Shown here in pieces: positions 36,537 to 46,137 of a stretch of 64,000 bases of DNA. The notes below the pieces were generated by a model. The model had not been told where the DNA came from. It worked only from the letters and a program-made list of their open reading frames with translations, and did no database searches. The DNA lies in the NCBI GenBank assembly GCA_018435665.1, contig JAHDND010000170.1, positions 7,629 to 71,628 of the forward strand. The letters run 5' to 3'. Each line of letters begins with the position of its first letter. Within the stretch, counting starts at the first letter, position 1. The translations under genes were made by a program, and so were the position numbers. This DNA comes from Candidatus Thiosymbion sp. (GTDB lineage: Bacteria; Pseudomonadota; Gammaproteobacteria; Chromatiales; Chromatiaceae).

Positions 36537-36736
36537 GGAAGCACTCTCTGGTTGGCGAGGCTAAAGGATTGGGCGCCATTCACCGTAGCGGTGATGGCAA
36601 GGTGTGAAAGGTCCAGGCACATAGCCGTTTCGGGTCTTGGCGTTCCTGTTTGCAAGATCCGTCCTGAGGGGTAACCACAGCGGACAGGCGACTGGCGTAG
36701 CGTGGGGGTGGGCAGTCCCTCCTCGCTGGCGCCGGC

Positions 36737-37312
36737 TCAGCCGTCGCTACGGGTGGCCTTTTCGATCACGATGGTCTCCAGGGGGACATCCTTGGGGAAC
36801 ATGCCCTTGCCACCGGTGGGCGTCGCGGCGATGGCATCCACCACGCTCATGCCGTCCGTGACCCGGCCAAAGACGGCATAGCCCCAACCGCGGGGCGTCT
36901 TACCGCTGTGGTCGAGAAAGGCATTGTCCTTATGATTGATGAAGAACTGGGCGGTGGCCGAATGCGGGTCGTTAGTGCGGGCCATGGCCAGGGTGCCGCG
37001 CTCGTTCTTCAGGCCGTTATCGGCCTCGTTGGGAATGGGGGCGCGCGTCTCCTTCTTCTCCAGATCGGCGGTGAATCCGCCCCCCTGGATCATGAAGTCC
37101 GGAATGACGCGGTGGAAGATGGTGCCGTCATAGAAGCCGGCATCCACGTAAGCCAGAAAATTGGCCACCGACTGGGGGGCCTGGTCCGGATAGAGTTCGA
37201 TGACGATGAGGCCCTTGTTGGTCTGCAAGTTGACCTTGGGATTGGCCGCCAGGGCGGAACCGGCGAGGGTCAGGGTCAAGAGGGCAAGGCCAGCGAGCAA
37301 GAATCTCCGCAT
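36737..37312 (-). CDS. ppiA: Periplasmic cyclophilin-type peptidyl-prolyl isomerase
   Basis: Internal ATG at 37312 gives the signal peptide [22 protein letters not shown]. Contains [14 protein letters not shown]. Confidence 0.9.
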   Translation of the reverse strand: MRRFLLAGLALLTLTLAGSALAANPKVNLQTNKGLIVIELYPDQAPQSVANFLAYVDAGFYDGTIFHRVIPDFMIQGGGFTADLEKKETRAPIPNEADNGLKNERGTLAMARTNDPHSATAQFFINHKDNAFLDHSGKTPRGWGYAVFGRVTDGMSVVDAIAATPTGGKGMFPKDVPLETIVIEKATRSDG

Positions 37313-37413
37313 TTGGGTACTCCTGGTGGGGCGGAAGGGAGGCGGGGGATACCGCGGCATGAACTGGACCCCCATGGTAAGGGCTGGAAGGGCGCGGGAA
37401 AACCCCTTGACGC

Positions 37414-37562
37414 GGATTGCCGGGGATTGGCGGGGAGTGCCGGGGGGGTGATGTGGAATGCCGTAGGAGTTAGAGTGGATTGCAGGAGGATTGGAATGGA
37501 TTGTTAGGGGTCGGCGCCAATTGCGAGGGATTGCTGGGGATTGCTGAGTTTGCGAGGGATTG
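37414..37562. repeat. Array of eight exact GGATTG hexamers, mostly at 10-11 bp spacing
   Basis: GGATTG starts at 37414, 37424, 37477, 37488, 37498, 37528, 37538 and 37557. A larger unit TTGCGAGGGATTG occurs twice. The array lies in the ppiA/cysS divergent intergenic region. Confidence 0.7.
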
Positions 37563-37658
37563 ACCTGGTCACGGTTTTCGCCTTGCCGGTGGCTCTGCTA
37601 CCATCCTTAGCCCTGGCCGAGCCTCGTCCTGGTTTTCCCTTACCCCGGTCCTTCCTCC

Positions 37659-39188
37659 ATGCTACAGATCTACAACAGCCTGACCCGCCGCAAGGCCGAC
37701 TTCGTCCCCCTGGAACCCGGCAAGGTCCGCATGTACGTCTGTGGCATGACGGTCTATGACCTCTGTCACTTGGGCCATGCCCGGGTGATGGTGGTGTTCG
37801 ACGTGGTTTATCGCTACCTGCGGCACCTGGGCTACGACGTGACCTATGTGCGCAACATCACCGACATCGACGACAAGATCATCAACCGCGCCAACGAGCG
37901 CGGCGAGGTCTTCAGCGACCTGACGGCACGGTTCATTCAGGCCATGCACGAAGACGCCTTGGCCCTGGGGGTGCTGCCACCCACGGAGGAACCCCGGGCG
38001 ACCGCCCATATCGATGAGATCCTGGCCATGATCCAGACCCTCATCGCCAAGGGCCATGCCTATGCCGCCGACAATGGTGACGTCTACTATGCCGTGGCCA
38101 GCTTCCCCGGCTATGGCCGCCTGTCCGGCAAGGACCCGGCGGACCTGCGGGCCGGGAGTCGCGTCGAGCCCGGCGAGGCCAAGCGCGACCCCCTCGACTT
38201 CGCCCTGTGGAAGGCCGCCAAGCCCGGTGAGCCCGCCTGGGACTCCCCCTGGGGCCCCGGTCGCCCCGGCTGGCATATCGAATGCTCCGCCATGTCCACC
38301 TGCGCCCTGGGCAATCATTTCGACATCCACGGCGGGGGGGCCGACCTCCAGTTCCCCCATCACGAGAACGAGATCGCCCAGTCCGAAGGCGCGACCGGCG
38401 AGCCCTTCGTCGAGGTCTGGATGCACAACGGTTTCGTGCGCGTCAACGAAGAGAAGATGTCCAAGTCCCTAGGCAACTTCTTCACCGTCCGCGAGATCCT
38501 GGAACGCTACCGGCCGGAGGAGGTGCGCTACTTCATCCTCACCAGCCACTATCGCAGCCCCCTCAATTATGACGAGGAGCATCTGGAACAGGCTCGCGGG
38601 GCCTTGACGCGCTTTTATACCGCCTTGCGCGGACTGCCTGCGATCACCCCCGCTACCGGAGCCAAGGTTGTCGCGATAACCCCCACCACCTCCAGCACCT
38701 CCAACATACCGGCCACCCCATTCTCTGTGGCTACCCCGGCCGCCACGGCCAATCCAGTCCTCGCCGATACCCCGGCCACCACGGCCTCCCCAGTCGTCGC
38801 GGCGGACCCCCAGTTCCGAACGCGCTTCACCGCCGCCATGGACGACGACTTCAATACCCCCGAGGCCCTGGCGGTCCTGTTTGACCTGGCCCGGGAACTC
38901 AACCGGGCCCGCGGCGAGGATGATCCCCGGGCGACTAGTCTGGCCGCCGAACTGCGTGATCTGGGCGGGGTGATGGGCCTGCTGCGGGATGACCCCGAGG
39001 CCTATCTGCGAGGTGGCGCCACGACGGCCGGACTCAGCGATGCCGCCATCGCCAATCTCATCCAGTGCCGAACCACCGCCCGACAGGCCCGGAACTGGGC
39101 CGAGGCCGACCGCCTGCGCGATGAACTCCAGGCGGTGGGCATCCTGCTGGAAGATGGCCCCGCCGGCACGACCTGGCGGCGGGGCTAG
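37659..39188 (+). CDS. cysS: Cysteinyl-tRNA synthetase with a Thr/Pro/Ala-rich insertion
   Basis: 509 aa. Contains [15 protein letters not shown] (HIGH region), KMSKSLGN and [11 protein letters not shown]. Confidence 0.95.
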   Translation: MLQIYNSLTRRKADFVPLEPGKVRMYVCGMTVYDLCHLGHARVMVVFDVVYRYLRHLGYDVTYVRNITDIDDKIINRANERGEVFSDLTARFIQAMHEDALALGVLPPTEEPRATAHIDEILAMIQTLIAKGHAYAADNGDVYYAVASFPGYGRLSGKDPADLRAGSRVEPGEAKRDPLDFALWKAAKPGEPAWDSPWGPGRPGWHIECSAMSTCALGNHFDIHGGGADLQFPHHENEIAQSEGATGEPFVEVWMHNGFVRVNEEKMSKSLGNFFTVREILERYRPEEVRYFILTSHYRSPLNYDEEHLEQARGALTRFYTALRGLPAITPATGAKVVAITPTTSSTSNIPATPFSVATPAATANPVLADTPATTASPVVAADPQFRTRFTAAMDDDFNTPEALAVLFDLARELNRARGEDDPRATSLAAELRDLGGVMGLLRDDPEAYLRGGATTAGLSDAAIANLIQCRTTARQARNWAEADRLRDELQAVGILLEDGPAGTTWRRG

Positions 39189-39295
39189 GGCAGGGTGGGG
39201 GCCTTTCAGTCAGGCCCGGGCAACCTCGAGGGCTACCACACCGGCAAGCCCTCGAACCGGCACGCTCCCCCTGGCTGCCGGCAAGGGGCTGAGGA

Positions 39296-39328
39296 CAAAA
39301 CCCAGGCCACCGACCTCCGGTGTGGCCT
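39296..39328 (-). terminator. Candidate terminator of folD
   Basis: AGGCCAC (39304-39310) pairs with GTGGCCT (39322-39328). On the minus strand this is followed by GGGTTTTGT. The hairpin abuts the folD stop codon. Confidence 0.4.
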
Positions 39329-40185
39329 CAACCCGCTACGTGCAGCCTGGCCGCCTGCAAGGTGTTCTCGAGCAGGCTGGCGATGGTCATCGGACCCACG
39401 CCGCCCGGGACCGGTGTGATCCAGGAGGCCCGCTCGGCCACCGCCGCAAAGTCCACGTCGCCCACCAGGGAACCCGCCGCGGTGCGGTTGATGCCGACAT
39501 CGATGACGATAGCCCCCTCCTTGATCCAATCCCCCTGCACGAAGTGAGGCCGGCCGACGGCGGCCACCACCAGATCGGCATTGATGATCTTCCCCGGCAG
39601 GTCCCGGGTGCGACTGTGGCAGACGCTTATGGTGCAGCGCGCCGCCAGCAGTTCCAGAGCCATGGGGCGGCCGACGATATTGGACTGGCCGATGATGAGG
39701 GCGTCGAGGCCCTCCAGGTTGCGACCGGTGCGCGCCAGCAGCGTCATCACCCCCTTGGGCGTGCAGGGGCGCAGCAGGGGCATCCGCAAGGTCAACCGCC
39801 CGACGTTATAGGGATGGAAGCCATCCACGTCCTTGGTCGGCAGGATGCGCTCGATGACCTGCTCCTCGTCGATATGGGCGGGCAGGGGCAACTGGACCAG
39901 GATACCGTCGATTGCCTCCCGGCCATTGAGGTCGTCGATCAGCGCCAGCAGCTCCGCGGCGGGCGTGTCAGGTGGCAACTGGTGCAGCTCGGAAAAAAAA
40001 CCCACCTCGGCGCAGGCCGCCCGCTTATTGCGCACGTAAACCTGCGAGGCCGCGTTGTCACCCACCAACACCACCGCCAGCCCCGGTTGCCGTTTGCCTG
40101 CCGCCACCAGGGCCTCGACCTGGGTCTTGATGTCGGCGCGAATCTCCGCCGCGGTGGCCTTGCCGTCGAGAATCTGGGCACTCAT
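39328..40185 (-). CDS. folD: Bifunctional methylene-THF dehydrogenase / methenyl-THF cyclohydrolase
   Basis: 285 aa. Contains [30 protein letters not shown] and [10 protein letters not shown]. Confidence 0.95.
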   Translation of the reverse strand: MSAQILDGKATAAEIRADIKTQVEALVAAGKRQPGLAVVLVGDNAASQVYVRNKRAACAEVGFFSELHQLPPDTPAAELLALIDDLNGREAIDGILVQLPLPAHIDEEQVIERILPTKDVDGFHPYNVGRLTLRMPLLRPCTPKGVMTLLARTGRNLEGLDALIIGQSNIVGRPMALELLAARCTISVCHSRTRDLPGKIINADLVVAAVGRPHFVQGDWIKEGAIVIDVGINRTAAGSLVGDVDFAAVAERASWITPVPGGVGPMTIASLLENTLQAARLHVAG

Positions 40186-40277
40186 GGGTTCTACCTGGGT
40201 TCAGAGGGATGAGGGCAAAATCATAGCCACCTCCCGGGCCAATGCAACCCGTGGCGGCAAAAAACCCGCGGCCCCGA

Positions 40278-40306
40278 TTGACGGCAAAAACGGCCTTGCG
40301 TATGAT
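40278..40306 (+). promoter_or_regulatory. Sigma70-type promoter for the tRNA cluster
   Basis: TTGACG (40278-40283), a 17-nt spacer, then TATGAT (40301-40306). It sits 35 nt upstream of tRNA-Pro. Confidence 0.6.
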
Positions 40307-40340
40307 GCTGAGTCTTCGGTTTCTGGACCCAGTCCGAAAG

Positions 40341-40417
40341 CGGGGTATAGCGCAGCCTGGTAGCGCGCCTGCTTTGGGAGCAGGATGTCGGGGGTTCAAA
40401 TCCCTCTACCCCGACCA
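40341..40417 (+). tRNA. tRNA-Pro (anticodon TGG)
   Basis: Acceptor CGGGGTA/TACCCCG, anticodon loop TTTGGGA, T-loop GGTTCAAATCC, encoded CCA. Confidence 0.9.
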
Positions 40418-40438
40418 CCTTCCCTAGCGAACTTCAAA

Positions 40439-40515
<77 letters not shown>

Positions 40516-40583
40516 AATCGGCTTCCGAGAGTGACCACGGCACTGATCGCTTGGAAGCAGCTAGCAGGGATATCGGTTTAGAT

Positions 40584-40660
40584 GGTGGACGTAGCTCAGT
40601 TGGTAGAGCACAGGATTGTGGCTCCTGCGGTCGTGGGTTCGATTCCCATCGTCCACCCCA
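40584..40660 (+). tRNA. tRNA-His (anticodon GTG) with the extra 5' G(-1)
   Basis: G-GTGGACGTAGCTCAGTTGGTAGAGC, anticodon loop TTGTGGC, GGTTCGATTCC, CGTCCAC-C-CCA. Confidence 0.9.
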
Positions 40661-40685
40661 AAATGATATTATCTCGCCCGCTTTT

Positions 40686-40761
40686 GGGCCGTTAGCTCAG
40701 CTGGTAGAGCAGTGGACTCTTAATCCATTGGTCGAAGGTTCGAATCCTTCACGGCCCACCA
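40686..40761 (+). tRNA. tRNA-Lys (anticodon CTT)
   Basis: GGGCCGTTAGCTCAGCTGGTAGAGC, anticodon loop CTCTTAA, GGTTCGAATCC, ACGGCCC-A-CCA. Confidence 0.9.
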
Positions 40762-41175
40762 ATAAAATCAAAGGTTTATCGAGCGATCGGTAAGCCTTTT
40801 GTGTTTGTTGCCTCCCCGTGTAACTGCTGGTGTAAGCAAATCTGCGCAATGCGGATGGATGCCGATCAGCCACTTCACCCCGCGCGTTCAGCCAACCACC
40901 TTGCTTTTCTGCTTGCACCCCCCCTGGCCATTGTGGGTTTTCATCCCGCACAAAGGTTTTTGTTACGATAGACAAAGTAGGCAATGGTTGCCTTGTGGTG
41001 ACCCAGGCTGGTCGATATCCCTTCAGCTCTCAGGTAGCCAAGGGCAGGTGTGAATGGACCCGGAGCACTCTCAACGCTTGAGCTGGAGCCCCTGAGACCA
41101 CAGCAAGACGGGAACCTCTGGAGATGAGGTGGGGTCCATGACGGTTTGTACTTCCTCGGCATTTGGACCAAGCCA

Positions 41176-41520
41176 ATGGAACTTCGCTGGTATCCCCGTT
41201 ACGCGATCGATCTGCCGGCCAAGCTGGTCACCACCGTGGGGTCCCGCCCTGTCCCCTGCCGTATCAGGAAATACAGCATGGGCAGCTTCTACCTGGCCTC
41301 CAACGTCCCTTTGAGACGCCATCAACTGATCGCGGTCCATCCGCAGCGGGTGCATGACTCTCCGTGGGTTGTCTAGGGCCTGGTGATCCATGTCCAGGAG
41401 GATGGCGCAGGGATCGAGGTGGCGGACCACAACTGGCCAAAGCAAGTCCCCTTCAGCGAATGGTTGGCCATGACCCAGCACCGTCCAGCTGCCTTGGATT
41501 GCGGTAACTGGAATAGCTGA
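41176..41520 (+). pseudogene. PilZ-like domain ORF interrupted by an in-frame TAG (41374-41376)
   Basis: MELRWYPRYAIDLPAKL... contains RxxxR. IRKYSMGSFYL is a degenerate DxSxxG. After the TAG the same frame continues GLVIHVQEDGAGIEVADHN... down to TGA at 41518. A competing antisense ORF exists at 41071..41655. Confidence 0.35.
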
Positions 41521-41966
41521 AAGAACCACTAGAAGCCCGGCAATGAGCACTGCCAGGGACCCCTTCATCGATAAAACCCGTGTTGAGTTCGGCCCTGCCG
41601 TCGGCATGAGGACCCCAGCGGCGGGTAACGCCCCTTGGCTTACGCTATCGGTCAACGGGTTCCCAAGAGGAGGGTGGAACCATCTTGGAGTCGGCGGTGA
41701 GCAGCCAAAGTCTGAAGTGTCACCTAAGTCACTGAAGTGGACCTATGAGAGGTAGTTTTCCCCAGCTTCTGTGGATAACTCTGTCGATAAACGTTGTTCA
41801 TTGCCCCGCAGGGCGCATCCGCTAAGGGCTGGTGCGGTTCTGGCCACTCACTGGCCACTCTGGTGAACTCAAACAATTACAGGGGATTAGGTAACAACCC
41901 AAAACCCTGCTAGCCCTCTCTTGACATCTCCAACGCCTTTTGGTGAACCCTGTGCGCAATTTGCGA

Positions 41967-42440
41967 TTACGGTTGCCTAGCCAGCAGGCCCTGGTAAGTT
42001 GTGTGATACCAGCTATAGAGCGCCCTCCATTCCGGAGTCTGAATGCTTGAGTTCCTCATTGTACAGTGTGCGGTCACGGGCTCGCACCGGCACCGTGGGG
42101 ATGGGCGCGACGGGGTTGGTCTGGATCTCGAAGGGGATGAAGTGGCTGGAGACATTGGCAACGAAGGGCGCCTTGATTGCCAGCGCATAGGCGGCATGCA
42201 GAACTGACGGACATAGCCGCTGGTGCGTTCCTTACCGGCCTCCGCCACCTTGCACAACATGGCTGCCACCTGATGGGCCGTGACCTGATTGGCGGGCAGT
42301 GTGGCGACCTCCGGCCAGGCGCCGAGGATGTGGACCTTGAAGATGGACTTGACCTGGTTGGCGCTCTTCACCTTGCCGGCCGTGCGCAAGTGGGTCCCGT
42401 AAAGCTCTCCCAACTGGCTTAAGAGTTGGTGCTGAGACAA
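41967..42440 (-). pseudogene. Tyrosine-recombinase (phage/island integrase) N-terminal remnant, frameshifted and truncated
   Basis: LGELYGTHLRTAGKVKSANQVKSIFKVHILGAWPEVATLPANQVTAHQVAAML... resembles an integrase core-binding domain. A second frame continues ...AYALAIKAPFVANVSSHFIPFEIQTNPVAP...RDRTLYNEEL. No catalytic domain follows. Confidence 0.55.
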
Positions 42441-42536
42441 CCTTTACCGCCTAACGAGGTAGTCGGTCTTAGCTCCCAAGATATTATTGCTGCCAGGACG
42501 GAGGAAATAGGGAGAAAGCTTAGTTGATGGGTAAAA

Positions 42537-42561
42537 CGAGAAAAGGGCTTTTCGGCCCTTT
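42537..42561 (-). terminator. Rho-independent terminator downstream of tRNA-Arg(ACG)
   Basis: The minus strand reads AAGGGC-cgaaaa-GCCCTT followed by TTCTCG. It lies 30 nt past the tRNA 3' end. Confidence 0.5.
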
Positions 42562-42590
42562 GGTGTTTCTCGATAAGTCTTTGTTTTGAT

Positions 42591-42667
42591 TGGCGCGCCC
42601 GGAGAGATTCGAACTCCCGACCCTCTGGTTCGTAGCCAGATACTCTATCCAACTGAGCTACGGGCGC
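42591..42667 (-). tRNA. tRNA-Arg (anticodon ACG)
   Basis: The reverse complement is GCGCCCGTAGCTCAGTTGGATAGAGTATCTGGCTACGAACCAGAGGGTCGGGAGTTCGAATCTCTCCGGGCGCGCCA. Anticodon loop CTACGAA. Confidence 0.9.
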
Positions 42668-42819
42668 TTGAGTAAAGTCAGCATTATCCCGATGGCATCC
42701 GGGGCCGTCAAGTATCTATCCCGCCATGGCCTCCTATAGCTTCCCATGGCTTTCGCCGGCATCCTGGCAGCTGCCTCCAGGGGAAAAGGCCTTTGTGGGC
42801 TATGGACCCGGTGTAGGGA

Positions 42820-43269
42820 ATGGACCCTGAGAGGAGGCTTCGCTACCATGCAGCCCTTGCGGACCACACCCAGGGGTGCCCTGTGCAGATTCCCTCTCTT
42901 CCCGCCGAGCATTGCGTCGTTATCCTCGGCGCCAGCCCCAAGCCGGCGCGCTATGCCTATCAGGCCCTGCGCTTGCTGGACGACATGGGCTATCGGGTGA
43001 TACCCATCCATTCCAATTTTGAGCGCATCGATGAGATCCCGGTGGTGGATCGGTTGGCCAACATCCAGGAACCGGTTCATACCCTGACCCTCTATGTGGG
43101 TCCCGAGCGCAGCCAAGGCCTGATCGGGGACATCGTCGCCCTCCGGCCCGGGCGGGTGATCTTCAATCCCGGCACCGAGTCCCCCGCCTTGGAAGCGGCC
43201 CTGAGCGCCGCGGGGATCCCCAGCGAGCGCGCCTGTACCCTGGTTTTGCTGCGTACCGGCCAGTTTTAG
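42820..43269 (+). CDS. CoA-binding domain protein (YccU/YneT-like)
   Basis: 149 aa. Contains VVILGASPKPARYAYQALRLL...GYRVIPIH...VIFNPGTES. Confidence 0.8.
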   Translation: MDPERRLRYHAALADHTQGCPVQIPSLPAEHCVVILGASPKPARYAYQALRLLDDMGYRVIPIHSNFERIDEIPVVDRLANIQEPVHTLTLYVGPERSQGLIGDIVALRPGRVIFNPGTESPALEAALSAAGIPSERACTLVLLRTGQF

Positions 43270-43291
43270 TCGCTTCGCGGCTGGAATCGCC

Positions 43292-44146
43292 ATGAGTTAT
43301 CTCGACCACATTCAGGCCTGCAACCGCTGGAATCCCGCCCAGTTCGTCCCCTTCCGCGTCGATGGGGAGCGGGTGGGTCTGATCCGCCGCGACTTTTTGC
43401 CCCACTTACAGAAGTGGCCACAAGTCTTTGCCTGGTCCGAGACGGGGGTCGAGTGGGTTCACCCGGCCACCGACCTGGAGGACCGTTCGCGAATCCTGCA
43501 TGATCTCCTCGAAGCACTTCACGGCCGGGGCCTGATTGGGCACCTTCACGGGGAGCGTTATCCGGTCGCGGGCGCGGATCGCCTCCGACCGCGCTTGCTT
43601 GTCGACCGGTCCGCGGCGCCCTATTTTGGGATTCGGGCTTACGGCCAACACCTCAACGGCTTTGTGCGTGATGGAAAGGGGTACAAGTTGTGGGTGGCCC
43701 GGCGCGCCGCCAATCGCCGCGTCTTTCCTGACCATCTGGATCACCTCGCCGCCGGTGGCCTGCCCTGGGGCTTGGATCTGACGGCGAATATCCGCAAGGA
43801 GTGTCACGAAGAAGCCGGCATCCCAGAGACCCTCTCTTCGCGGGCAATCCCGGTGGGCGCCATCACCTATTGCGTCGACGGCCGGCATGGCCTCAAGCCG
43901 GACGTCATGTACTGCTACGACCTGGAGGTACCGGCGGATTTTCAGCCGGTGAACACGGATGGCGAGGTGGCGAGTTTTGAACTCTGGCCCATTGAGCGGG
44001 TGATGGACACGGTGCGCACGACGGCGGAGTTCAAGCTCAACTGCAATCTGGTGATTATCGATTTTTGTATCCGGCATGGCTTCATTGGCCCGGACGAACC
44101 GGATTATCTGGACCTCGTGCGCGGGCTGAGATCGCCCTTGCCGTAA
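43292..44146 (+). CDS. NUDIX hydrolase with an N-terminal DUF4743-like region
   Basis: 284 aa. The Nudix box reads [23 protein letters not shown]. Confidence 0.8.
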   Translation: MSYLDHIQACNRWNPAQFVPFRVDGERVGLIRRDFLPHLQKWPQVFAWSETGVEWVHPATDLEDRSRILHDLLEALHGRGLIGHLHGERYPVAGADRLRPRLLVDRSAAPYFGIRAYGQHLNGFVRDGKGYKLWVARRAANRRVFPDHLDHLAAGGLPWGLDLTANIRKECHEEAGIPETLSSRAIPVGAITYCVDGRHGLKPDVMYCYDLEVPADFQPVNTDGEVASFELWPIERVMDTVRTTAEFKLNCNLVIIDFCIRHGFIGPDEPDYLDLVRGLRSPLP

Positions 44147-44178
44147 GATCCCTGTCTCCTGAAGCCCCCTTCCCGATC

Positions 44179-45408
44179 ATGACCGCATTATCGTTTCCAA
44201 ACCGCCGCTTAACGCCCACCGTGTCCGTCGGCGGGGTCCACATCGGCGGTGGCGCCCCCGTGGTCGTCCAGTCCATGACCAACACGGATACGGCCGATGT
44301 CGCCGCCACCGTACGCCAGGTGGCGGAACTCGCCCGGGCGGGCTCCGAACTGGTGCGCATCACCGTCAACAACGAGGCCGCCGCCCGGGCCGTGCCGCTG
44401 ATCCGCGAGGCCCTGGACGCCCAGGGGCTGGATGTCCCCCTGATCGGCGACTTCCACTTCAATGGCCACCGGCTGCTGACCGACTACCCTGAATGCGCCC
44501 AGGCCCTGGCCAAGTACCGCATTAATCCGGGTAACGTCGGGCGGGGCGAAAAGCGCGACAGTCAGTTTGCCACCCTCATCGAGTTGGCCATCCGCCATGA
44601 CCGGCCGGTGCGGATCGGCGTCAACTGGGGCAGCCTGGACCCGGAACTGGTGGCGCGACTCATGGACGCCAACGCCCGCCTGAGCCAGCCGGCGCCGGTC
44701 CAGGAGGTGACTTACGAGGCCATGGTCCAGTCCGCCCTGGACAGTGCCCGGCAGGCCGAGGCGATCGGACTGCCGGCGGAGCGCATCGTTCTCTCGTGCA
44801 AGATGAGTGGGGTCCAGGACCTGATCACCGTTTATCGCCGACTGGCGGCGCGGGGCAATTTCGCCTTGCACCTGGGCCTGACCGAGGCCGGGATGGGCGC
44901 CAAGGGGATCGTTGCCTCCACCGCGGCCCTGGCGGTGCTGCTCCAGGAGGGCATTGGCGACACCATCCGCGTCTCCCTGACCCCCGAGCCCGGCGCCCCG
45001 CGTCAGCGGGAGGTCGAGGTCGCCCAGGAGATCCTCCAGGCCCTGGAGCTGCGGGCCTTCGCGCCGCAGGTCACCGCCTGTCCGGGTTGCGGCCGTACCA
45101 CCAGCACCGCCTTCCAGCAATTGGCCCTGGATGTCCAGAATCACCTGCGGGAGCGCTTGCCGGCGTGGCGCCAGCGCTACCCGGGGGTGGAGACCCTGCG
45201 GGTGGCGGTGATGGGCTGCGTGGTCAATGGTCCCGGGGAGAGCAAGAACGCGGATATCGGCATCAGCCTTCCCGGCAATGGGGAAAGGCAAGCCGCCCCG
45301 GTCTATGTCGACGGGGAAAAGGTGGCCACCCTCAAGGGCGAGGGGATCTCGGCGGATTTCATCGATATGGTTGACCGTTACGTGACGGAGCGGTTCGGCG
45401 GCTCCTGA
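44179..45408 (+). CDS. ispG: HMBPP synthase (MEP pathway)
   Basis: Internal ATG at 44179. Contains [22 protein letters not shown] and CPGCGRT ... GCVVNGPGE. Confidence 0.95.
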   Translation: MTALSFPNRRLTPTVSVGGVHIGGGAPVVVQSMTNTDTADVAATVRQVAELARAGSELVRITVNNEAAARAVPLIREALDAQGLDVPLIGDFHFNGHRLLTDYPECAQALAKYRINPGNVGRGEKRDSQFATLIELAIRHDRPVRIGVNWGSLDPELVARLMDANARLSQPAPVQEVTYEAMVQSALDSARQAEAIGLPAERIVLSCKMSGVQDLITVYRRLAARGNFALHLGLTEAGMGAKGIVASTAALAVLLQEGIGDTIRVSLTPEPGAPRQREVEVAQEILQALELRAFAPQVTACPGCGRTTSTAFQQLALDVQNHLRERLPAWRQRYPGVETLRVAVMGCVVNGPGESKNADIGISLPGNGERQAAPVYVDGEKVATLKGEGISADFIDMVDRYVTERFGGS

Positions 45409-45473
45409 AGGCGTTTAGACCCTTCACCGGGCACTCATACACCTCGCATTTCGGTTTTCGGCGGCGAGGGGGA

Positions 45474-45575
45474 GGGTCGGGGGGTGCCTGGTGGGGGTGT
45501 CGACCGCGAGGAGGGCGTCGTCAAGCCTACAGGGACCTCTTGTCGGTGGTCCCCCCCCGCCAGAAGCCACCCGAC
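45474..45575. repeat. Palindromic MITE/REP-like element, degenerate copy D
   Basis: GGGTCGGGGGGTGCCTGGTGGGGG ... CCCCCGCCAGAAGCCACCCGAC. The core retains GTCAAGCCTACAGGGAC. It lies in the ispG -> <- hypothetical convergent gap. Confidence 0.55.
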
Positions 45576-45636
45576 TGGGAAAAATCGAAACTTGATGCCT
45601 GACATCCACACATCCCTCGTCAAGCACCCGTCGGCT

Positions 45637-46083
45637 TCATCCGGGCATGATCGATACTACCCGATGGTGGAAGTCGGGCGAGTCCGGCGGCACTGGTAAC
45701 CCCTCGGCGTTGGCATATTGGGCGACAGCGACAATCAGGGGGGGGAGGCCCGGGGCGGCGATGCGACATTGCTGACCATCCTCCGCCATCTCGGGATGGC
45801 GCAGGGCCTCGGCCATTTGCCGGGCGGCGGGGGCCGGGCCCTGGTGACGATAGAGGGCCTCGTTGAGCAGAATGGCCGTTCGGGAGTCCACCCGCAGGAT
45901 GCAGTGGCTGGCGTCGTCTGGCCCCTTGATCAGACCGCTGTAAGAGCGGGTCTTGCCGGTGCTGGAACCCCACTGGGGGGCCAGGTCCCGTAGAAAGGCG
46001 ATCAGGCCAAGATCCACGATCAGGGCGTTGGCCACCGCCCGCAGGCAACGGCTGTCCGCCGCCGCCAGGCTCGCGTTATCCAT
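45637..46083 (-). CDS. Hypothetical protein (148 aa)
   Basis: Longest ORF in this gap with protein-like composition. Same strand as ppk2 and 55 nt downstream of it. I recognise no family. Confidence 0.45.
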   Translation of the reverse strand: MDNASLAAADSRCLRAVANALIVDLGLIAFLRDLAPQWGSSTGKTRSYSGLIKGPDDASHCILRVDSRTAILLNEALYRHQGPAPAARQMAEALRHPEMAEDGQQCRIAAPGLPPLIVAVAQYANAEGLPVPPDSPDFHHRVVSIMPG

Positions 46084-46137
46084 GGGGACTCCTCGTTTTC
46101 ATCGGGCAGCGTGGGCTGCGGGACGGTAGCACCAGGC

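Larger units (their letters stand above)
40762..42590. mobile_element. Decayed integrative islet between tRNA-Lys and tRNA-Arg(ACG)
   Basis: Visibly lower GC than the flanks. It holds only broken or short ORFs. An integrase N-terminal remnant lies just 3' of the minus-strand tRNA-Arg. Confidence 0.5.

Noticed and set aside
39227-39258. An 8-bp inverted repeat TCGAGGGC...GCCCTCGA after cysS, considered as a terminator.
   Set aside because: The loop is long (14 nt) and no T-run follows on either strand. It is too weak to call.
41071-41655. A 194-aa minus-strand ORF in the islet with a signal-peptide-like internal start (MKGSLAVLIAGLLVVLSAIPVTA).
   Set aside because: It is not listed as a feature because most of it is antisense to the PilZ-like reading frame and I recognise no family. 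It is kept only as the alternative explanation in the PilZ finding.
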